Below are positions 57,258 to 64,000 of a DNA stretch of 64,000 nucleotides, piece after piece. Below the pieces are notes generated by a model that was given only the letters and a program-made list of their open reading frames with translations, was not told the origin of the DNA and made no database searches. The position numbers and the translations under genes are program-made. Within the stretch, counting starts at the first letter, position 1. Each line of letters opens with the position of its first letter. This DNA is from an uncultured Trueperaceae bacterium. Its GTDB lineage: Bacteria; Deinococcota; Deinococci; Deinococcales; Trueperaceae. The stretch spans positions 17,704 through 81,703 of the forward strand of contig CAVSGP010000008.1 of the NCBI GenBank assembly GCA_963727505.1, read 5' to 3'.

Positions 57258-57452
57258 GGTCTTCCTCCTTCTTGCCTCCACCATGCGGCGGGCTCTACTT
57301 GAGACGAAAGGGATCAAGTCAAGTAGAGGATGGTGCGCCTCGTGCGCCTGCGGTCCGGGGTGCCCGGAGGCACACGAGGCGCCCGAGCGGGGCGCTCAGG
57401 GCCGCGGCTCCGGGACCGCCGCTACCGCCTGCCTGACGCGGGTCGGGCACGG

Positions 57453-57481
57453 TTGACCGGTCCCCGACGGCCGAGTAGACT
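57453..57481 (+). promoter_or_regulatory. tRNA promoter
   Basis: TTGACC-17 bp-TAGACT. Confidence 0.75.
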
Positions 57482-57495
57482 ACGTAACGCATCGC

Positions 57496-57570
57496 GGGCG
57501 GTTAGCTCAGCGGGAGAGCACTCGCTTCACACGCGAGGGGTCGTAGGTTCAAATCCTATACCGCCCACCA
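57496..57570 (+). tRNA. tRNA-Val (anticodon CAC)
   Basis: Acceptor stem GGGCGGT/ACCGCCC + ACCA; D arm AGCTCAGCGGGAGAGC; anticodon arm CTCGC-TTCACAC-GCGAG; T loop GTTCAAATC. Confidence 0.97.
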
Positions 57571-57593
57571 CAGAGAACAGCGTCACAGACGCG

Positions 57594-57635
57594 AACGCCG
57601 CCAGCTCGTCCGCTTGAGTTGGCGGCGTTGTCTTT
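57594..57635 (+). terminator. Intrinsic terminator after the tRNA
   Basis: AACGCCGCCAGCTC-8 nt-GAGTTGGCGGCGTT followed by GTCTTT. Confidence 0.75.
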
Positions 57636-57639
57636 GCAT

Positions 57640-57661
57640 TTGACAGCCAATTGACAGCCAA
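57640..57661. repeat. 11-bp tandem direct repeat (candidate integrase arm-type sites)
   Basis: TTGACAGCCAA x2, 70 bp from the tRNA 3' end. Confidence 0.7.
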
Positions 57662-57832
57662 TGATCAAGGGCACGTCAGAGAGATCTCATCACGGGCTGT
57701 CTGAGCGAAGACATTCATTGCTGCGGGCGTTGTCTTCCGCCAGAGGGCGGGAGGCTCGCTCGACGTGGTGATGTAGACCAGTTCGTGTCCGGGGGAAAGG
57801 GTTCAGGGCTGCATGAGCGCCGCCCTGGAGCC

Positions 57833-58072
57833 GACTTGTGGACTTGTGGAGTCTTGCAGTTGGACACTTGTGGACTTGAAGACTTGTGGAGCGGAACAGT
57901 AGGCCCCTGCGCCAGTGGAACACTGGACCAGTAGCCTACTAGCACACTGGGGCAGCGGCCTACTAGAACAGTGTGCTAGTAGGCCAGAGTTCCACTACAA
58001 CACTGGTCCAGTAGTCCAGTAGACCCCTGGCTTAGTGGAACAGTAGACCAGTAGCACACTGTTCCAGTAGCT
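57833..58072. repeat. Array of 30 degenerate octamers in unbroken 8-bp phase
   Basis: Seven GACTTGTG-type units, one bridging unit, then 22 units of consensus YASTRGNN (CAGTAGAC, CACTGGAC, TACTAGCA...). Confidence 0.9.
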
Positions 58073-58346
58073 CAGCGCGGTGTTCGAGCCCGGGGTGCCT
58101 GTGGCCCTTCCCGAAGCCGGGCGGAGCGACCAGCGCTACCCTCGGTAGCGAGAGGGGGGAGGCTCGATCGTCATCGGCCGAGCCGCATGGGGGCCTTGAG
58201 GCTTGATCCCAACCAGCTCTGCGGGCCGGTCGAGCCAGCCACGTCAAGCAGGGAACCTACCACCACATATGGTGCACTGAGCCGCCGGAAAGCCTGCATG
58301 CGCCGTCCCGCAGCTCCGGCTAGATCGTGGTCGTCTTGGCCGGGTC

Positions 58347-58690
58347 TTGCTGATCGGTGCCGTCGTGCTGGCCGTAGCGCTCCGGCTGGGAAGCAGTGGA
58401 GCCGCGTCCGTCTGCAAGGCGGTGGCGCCTCAGCAGCACATCACGGTGTCGTTCACCAGCGGATCCGAGTGGGACCCAGATCTACACCCAGGGGCTCACG
58501 ACCCCCGAGGTCACCGCATTGCTCCCTGGCCAGTCGTCCACCTTCACCGGCTACGCCGACTGGAACCCTGTCGCAACCAACGCCAGAATCTCTTTCGTCG
58601 ACAGCGCTGGCAACATGCTCAAGCCCATGACCCGTGCGCAGGTCAACGCCCTTGGGGACGCCGATCGTACGCTTGGCGTTGAAGGCCCCC
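58347..58690 (+). pseudogene. Degraded FxLYD-like domain exported protein
   Basis: Hydrophobic segment and HITVSFT in one frame continue as DPSGTQIY...LLPGQSSTF in another; no clean start or stop. Confidence 0.4.
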
Positions 58691-58717
58691 TACGATGGCG
58701 CGAAGAGGAGATAGAAC

Positions 58718-59005
58718 ATGGCACAGACCAACAACACCAAGGGTCGTCAGGAGGAGTACTGGGCGCTGGTCCTCCGGTACGACGACAGAGGCCACGTCAG
58801 CATCCCAGAGGGAATGACTCCGCCACCACCCGATGTCACGGGCCTGGAAGGAAGAACCTTCCAAGACATCGCCAACAAGATGGCCCAGGAGGGCGGCTGG
58901 GAGCTGATCTCGTCGTCGTTCATCGGCGTCGCTCCCTATTCCTGCATGGTCTGGTTCCGGCGTTCCACCACGCGCAGCAATCCGCCCACGATGTCCTCCA
59001 TCTAG
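58718..59005 (+). CDS. Small protein, DUF4177-like
   Basis: GAGGAG RBS; EY...N.MAQEGGWELIS...WFRR pattern. Confidence 0.55.
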   Translation: MAQTNNTKGRQEEYWALVLRYDDRGHVSIPEGMTPPPPDVTGLEGRTFQDIANKMAQEGGWELISSSFIGVAPYSCMVWFRRSTTRSNPPTMSSI

Positions 59006-59048
59006 TCGCCGGAGGCTCGAGCAGGAGTCCGAAGTCGGCTGGAAGCGC

Positions 59049-59582
59049 CTATATCAAGCCGGCCTGGCGCAGCGAGGCAACGACATCCTTCATGGGGATG
59101 AACATGCGCTGGCCGTCCCCCAACGGCTCGAAGCTGTAGCGCCGGTAGAAGGCCGCCGCCTGCTCGTGCAGTGGGTCCACCACCACGGCCGCGCTGGCCA
59201 CCGTGGTGGAAGCCTTGACGGCCAGGATGAGGGCCTCCCGTAGCAGCTGGCCACCCAGCCCCTGCCCCTGGAAGGCCCGGTCTACGGCTAGGCGCCCCAC
59301 CAGGGTGGCGGGGACGTCGGGGTAGCGGGGAAGATGCTTCCGGGCAGCTTCGGGCACGGCTTGCAGGGCCACTGCGGAGTTGGCGAGGGTGACGTAGCCG
59401 GTGATCCGGTCTGGCTGGTCGTCGGGGGTCAGCACGTACACCACGGCCGCTCGCCGATCGCTGTCCTGCCCGGCGAAGCGGCGCAGGTAGGTGTCGAGGC
59501 TCTCCTCGCCACACGCGAAGCCGCGCCGGTCGTGCCGGCGCGGATCCAGGAGCTGCAGGGTGTAGGTAGCCTCGGAGCTCAC
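59049..59582 (-). CDS. GNAT-family acetyltransferase toxin (AtaT/TacT type)
   Basis: FACGEESLDTYL, GYVTL, PATLVGRLAVD..FQGQGLG, VVVD, AAAFY.RYSF. Confidence 0.92.
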   Translation of the reverse strand: MSSEATYTLQLLDPRRHDRRGFACGEESLDTYLRRFAGQDSDRRAAVVYVLTPDDQPDRITGYVTLANSAVALQAVPEAARKHLPRYPDVPATLVGRLAVDRAFQGQGLGGQLLREALILAVKASTTVASAAVVVDPLHEQAAAFYRRYSFEPLGDGQRMFIPMKDVVASLRQAGLI

Positions 59583-59884
59583 TTCCGGAACAGGTCCACC
59601 AGTTCCTTGCGGGGCCGTCCTGGGCCACTCAGGGCGTCCACGAAGCGCTGGCTGGCTTCAGCGTCGAGCTCGAAGCGGGTGTGCTGCTCAACGATGCGCG
59701 TGGCCTCCTGCGAAGCCACGGACAGCACGAAGTCGGTGACGCTCACGCCGCTGTAGGCGGCGGCCTGCTCGATGCGCTCCTTGACGTCGACCGGCACACG
59801 GAGACCCAGGCGCTCGGTCGGCGAGGCCGAGGCGGTGCGCTTGGCCTTCTTGTCCTTGCGCGGCGCGGCAACGGGCGTGCTCAT
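59579..59884 (-). CDS. DUF1778 (AtaR/TacA-type) RHH antitoxin
   Basis: ERLGLRV...IEQAAA..G.SVTDFV...F..AL..P; overlaps the toxin start by 4 nt. Confidence 0.9.
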   Translation of the reverse strand: MSTPVAAPRKDKKAKRTASASPTERLGLRVPVDVKERIEQAAAYSGVSVTDFVLSVASQEATRIVEQHTRFELDAEASQRFVDALSGPGRPRKELVDLFRK

Positions 59885-59980
59885 GGTCTCACGCGGTCCT
59901 TCCTGCGGCCGGGATCCGAGGCCAAGTTGGCTTCGGGCGGGCCGGACTGGCTCATCCTGGGCCAACTTGTCCGCAAGCAC

Positions 59981-60009
59981 AGTGTACGCACGGTGTACGT
60001 ACGCGTCAA
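59981..60009 (-). promoter_or_regulatory. Toxin-antitoxin promoter/operator
   Basis: Minus strand TTGACG-17 bp-TACACT overlapped by GTACG-N9-CGTAC. Confidence 0.65.
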
Positions 60010-60063
60010 CGAGGCGCGGCACACGCCGGCAAGAGGGGCGAGAATGACGGACATGGGGGAAGC

Positions 60064-60639
60064 ATGGGCCTGACTCCGCTGTTGATCGTCCTCGTAGTGC
60101 TCATGGTGGGTGTGGGCATTCTCAGCAGGCTGGCGCCGCAACGGCGCAGCGGTTCCGCGGCCAAGCTAACCTTCCCGTACTACGGCAGGAAGGCGCTGTT
60201 CTCCGCCGCAGAGCGATCCTTCCTCGGGGTCCTCGAGCAGGCCGTCGAGGGCCGCTACCGCGTCTTCGGTAAGGTCCGCCTGGCGGACGTGCTGGGCGTC
60301 AAGGCGGGCACGGGGGCGGGGGAGAGGCAGCGCGCCCTGAACCGGGTGCTGGCCAAGCACGTTGACTTCGTGCTATGCCACCCAGAGGACCTGACGATCG
60401 CCGCGCTGGTAGAGCTCGACGACAGCTCCCACAAGCGGACCGATCGACGGGCGCGTGACGCCTTCCTGGAGCAGGCCTGCGCCGCCGCCAGCGTGCGGCT
60501 GCTGCGCTTCCCCGTTCGTCCCCACTACGCCCTAGGCGAGGTGCGCGCCGGGCTGGCATCACTGGATGGTGGCATCGGCCCCGACACCCCACCCACGCCT
60601 TCGACGCCGACCATCGGCCGGCCTGGGGCACGCCCGTGA
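60064..60639 (+). CDS. DUF2726-domain protein
   Basis: N-terminal TM; LFSAAE..F..L, KVRLAD, KHVDFVL, VELDDSSH, RD. Confidence 0.9.
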   Translation: MGLTPLLIVLVVLMVGVGILSRLAPQRRSGSAAKLTFPYYGRKALFSAAERSFLGVLEQAVEGRYRVFGKVRLADVLGVKAGTGAGERQRALNRVLAKHVDFVLCHPEDLTIAALVELDDSSHKRTDRRARDAFLEQACAAASVRLLRFPVRPHYALGEVRAGLASLDGGIGPDTPPTPSTPTIGRPGARP

Positions 60640-63387
60640 CCCCCGAGGCCTTCGTCGACAAGTGGCGCCACGTGAGCGTCAAGGAGAGCGCCGCAGCGCA
60701 CTCCCACTTCGAGGACCTGTGCGAGCTGCTGGGCGTCGAGAAGCCGCTCGACGCCGACCCAGACGGCGACTGGTACACCTACGAGAAGCACGTCAGCAAG
60801 GCCGTCGGCGGCAAGGGCTACGCCGACGTCTGGAAGAAGGGCTACTTCGCCTGGGAGTACAAGGGCAAGCGCAAGAACCTGGACGACGCCTACCTGCAAC
60901 TGCTGCTCTACCGCGACGACCTGGCCAACCCGCCGCTGCTGATCGTCTCGGACCTCGAGCGCATCGAGATCCACACCAACTTCACCGGCACCAACAAGCG
61001 CCTCTACAAGCTCACCCTGGACGACCTGCTCGACAGCGAGAACCGGGAGTTGCTGCACAAGGCCTTCACGGATCCGGAGGCGCTCAACCCGCAGCACCAG
61101 CGTCAGCGCATCACCGAGGACGCCACCGCCCGCATCGGCGCGATCGCCCTCAAGCTCCGCGATCGCGGCCACGACCCGCAGCGCGTGGCGCACTTCCTCA
61201 TGCAGCTGGTGTTCGCACTGTTCGCCGAGGACGTCAAGCTGCTGCCCAACCACCTGGTGAGCGAAATCCTCGAGAAGACCAAGGGCAACCCGAAGCGTGC
61301 CCAGCAGTACCTCACCATGCTGTTCAACGCCATGGCCAGCGGGGGAGAAGTCCTGCTCCACGACGTGCCGTACTTCAACGGCGGGCTGTTCCAGAACGGC
61401 GAGGCCCTGGAGCTCACCAGCGAGGAACTCGGCATCCTCTACGAGGCCGCCCGGCTGGACTGGAGCGAGGTCGAGCCCGCCATCTTCGGCACCCTGTTCG
61501 AGCGCTCCCTGGACCCCCAGAAGCGCAGCCAGCTCGGCGCCCACTACACCAGCCGCCAGGACATCCTGCGCATCGTCCAGCCCGTCGTGATCGACCCACT
61601 GCGGCGGGAGTGGGCGGAGATCCGCGAGGAGGTTGAGAGGCGCCTCGATCGCGGCCACCACAAGAAGGCCGCCGAGCTCGTCGGCGCCTTCCTACAGAAG
61701 CTGCACAACGTGCGGGTGCTCGACCCCGCCTGCGGATCCGGCAACTTCCTGTACGTCGCCATGTAGCAGCTCAAGGAGCTCGAGAAGGAGGTCTCGGTGC
61801 TGGCGCAGCAGGTCAACGCGCCCAGCATGACCTTCGTGGGCCCCAAGCAGTTCTACGGCCTCGAGCTCAGCGTCTTCGCCGTCGAGCTCACCAGCATGGT
61901 CGTCTGGATCGGCTACCTGCAGTGGAGCCTCACCAACGGCCCCGGCAACTTCCAGACGCCCATCCTCGAGATACTCGACAACATCGTCCTGCACGACGCC
62001 CTGATGAACGACGACGGCAGCGAGTACGCGTGGCCGGAGGCCGACTTCATCATCGGCAACCCACCATTCATCGGCAACAAGCGCATGCGAATTGAGTTGG
62101 GATCCGCCTACGTCACGCGGCTCCGACAACTGTTCACCGATCGGCTTCCGAAGACAGTGGACTATGTCTGCTATTGGTTCGAGAAGGCGCGTGCCCGCAT
62201 CGACTCTGGAGCGTCACATAGAGCTGGGCTTATCGCCACGAACAGCATTACCCAGTCTCGAAACCGAGTTGTCCTTGACCGTATTACCTCGGGTTCCGGC
62301 ATCTTCATGGCATGGCCTGACCAGCCATGGGTGCTCGAAGGGGCATCGGTTCGCGTCAGCATCGTCGGGTTTGGTGTACACGGAAGCGGAGACTGCACGC
62401 TTTCGGGGGCAACAGTAGACAGGATCAACTCGAATCTCACCGCTTCACTGGCTCTGAGCCTTGCCCAGCGTCTACCGGGGAAGTCTCAACTCGTATTCGA
62501 AGGAATCTCCCCGGCCGGGCAGTTCGATGTTGGTGAGATGGTGGCCCAGACATGGCTGGACCTGCCGAACCCTAGCGGCGCTTCTAACCACGCCGTTCTC
62601 AAGCGCTATGTCGTGGCGAAGGACATCCTGGGCCGCGATCTCCACCGCTGGATTGTCGACTTCGGCAACATGAGTGAGTCCGAAGCTCGGCGATATGTCG
62701 TGCCCTTCGACTACATCGAACAGGCGGTCAAGCCAGGGAGGGCCGATAACCCACGAAAGGCCCGCCGCGATCGCTGGTGGATCTTCGGCGAGTCCAGACC
62801 CGCCATGCGCGAGGCCCTAGCCCCACTCGCCCGCTTCATCGCCACTCCGAAGACTTCGAAGCACCGCGTCTTCGTGTGGCTACCCTCGGGCACCCTGCCA
62901 TCGAGTCTCCTCGCTGTGTTTGCCTAGAAGACGACTACTCGTTTGGAGTCCTCCATTCGAAGGTTCACCAGCTCTGGGCGCTAGGCCAGAACGTGTCACT
63001 AGAGGATCGCCCGCGCTATACGCCCACCGTCTGCTTCGAAACCTTCCCCTTCCCACAGCCGGGCCGGGAAGAACCGTCGCAATAGCCTCGTGGGCCAAGC
63101 ACCTCGATGAGATTCGCAGGGGGATCCTCGAGAGTGACCCGAAGCTCACCATGACCAAGCTCTACAACGAGCTCGAGGAGCTCAAGGAGCACCGCGACAG
63201 CAGCCACCGCGCCTACCCCCTGCTGGTGGCCCACGAGAAGCTCGACGAGGCCGTGGCGGCCGCCTACGGCTGGGAGTGGCCGCTCGAGGACGAGGAGATC
63301 CTCAGGCGCCTGCTGGAGCTCAACCTGCAGCGCGCTACCGAGGAACAAGGAGGCCGACTACCGGTCAAGGACACATCAGAAGCCTGA
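60636..63387 (+). pseudogene. MmeI-like type IIG/IIL restriction-modification enzyme, inactivated
   Basis: AD...WEYK nuclease motif, FNGGLF, GAHYT, LDPACGSGNFL, GNPPF, RYTP..CFETFPFP, H..LD.AV..AYGW. In-frame TAG at 61764-61766 and frameshifts near 62923 and 63070. Confidence 0.9.
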
Positions 63388-63424
63388 AAGAACCCGCATG
63401 GGAGATTGGCCGTCGGGAGGAGAA

Positions 63425-63936
63425 ATGTTGATGACCAAGACGACCGTGGCACTGACTATCGTGACCGGAGTACTGCTCGGAACCTATGCCTTCGCTGGCG
63501 ACAAGTGGACGCAAGACAGTGGCATTCACTGTTCCAGCTCAACAAGGACCAGTTCTCGGGCGACAGCTACACGCTCATGTGCGCCAGCTTGTATGACTCA
63601 GCCGCAGAAGGCACGACACCACAGGACATCCGGGACTTGGTACGCAACCAGCTCGGCTTCATGGCTCCCGATTTCGACAAGAACACCGTCTTGCTCTGGT
63701 GCAAGGCTTCCCCACAGTCGGGTGCGCCGTACTTCTTCCCCATGGACCTTGGATACTCGTCGGATGGCTACAGCTACGACATCGGCTTCGGCGATTACCA
63801 AGAAATAAAAGGGTCATCGGGCAAGCTTCGAGGCGACGTCACACTGTTCTACGTCTTGAAGGGTGCCCAGTACGACAAGCCCTTCACCGTCTACCTCGAC
63901 GACGACTCCGTCAAGGTGACGCTTCCTGCTCCATGA
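63425..63936 (+). pseudogene. Secreted hypothetical protein, frameshifted
   Basis: GGAGGAG RBS and signal peptide (..VLLGTYAFA) in one frame; the body (SLFQLNKDQF...VTLPAP) is in another frame after about 63525. Confidence 0.55.
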
Positions 63937-64000
63937 GCGATCGGGCCAGCAGGCCCGATCGCCTGTAGTTCTGCAACTATTCAGCCAATCTCCGAGGGCA

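Larger units (their letters stand above)
57571..64000. mobile_element. Probable integrative element/genomic island at tRNA-Val (left part only)
   Basis: Composition becomes visibly less GC-rich after the tRNA; tandem 11-bp arm-like repeat; octamer array; TA pair, RM gene and pseudogenes. No integrase or second att site in the window. Confidence 0.65.

Noticed and set aside
57833..58072. CRISPR array
   Set aside because: Period is 8 bp with no constant repeat plus unique spacer structure, and there are no cas genes.
61764..61766. Amber recoding (pyrrolysine or readthrough) in the RM gene
   Set aside because: Two further frameshifts downstream point to ordinary pseudogenisation; no pyl genes are visible.

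Overview
High-GC bacterial chromosomal segment. Gene content and the many apparently leaderless -10 promoters suggest Deinococcota (inference). From left to right it holds: (1) a hexuronate locus (SDR, uxaE, LacI regulator, TRAP transporter); (2) a Ugp-like ABC importer and an aldo-keto reductase; (3) a GldA/GldF-GldG/DUF4340 ABC module; (4) a membrane PAS/GAF sensor with no output domain, a patatin, Rrf2, an AAE-family exchanger and pckA; (5) a ~15 kb peptidoglycan/amino-sugar salvage locus (SIS deaminase, murQ, GntR, sugar ABC, a NamZ/DUF1343-BadF kinase fusion, CE7 acetyl esterase, Dpp-type ABC with a frameshifted binding protein, AmiE-like hydrolase, anmK); (6) ClC, thiI-rhodanese and a sulfane-sulfur operon (CstB-like dioxygenase, two rhodaneses, SulP) with twin LysR boxes and a CsoR/CstR-type operator; (7) envelope-stress proteins and a DesKR-like two-component system with an ABC exporter; (8) tRNA-Val(CAC), followed by the end of a probable integrated, decaying element. 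That element carries a 240-bp array of 30 octamers in unbroken phase, a GNAT/DUF1778 toxin-antitoxin pair, DUF2726 and an inactivated MmeI-like restriction-modification gene. The strongest novelty candidates are the NamZ-kinase fusion plus CE7 esterase salvage route, the octamer array, and a triplicated dppC 3' end whose distal copy differs only at synonymous positions. All product calls come from motif recognition by eye; no searches were run.
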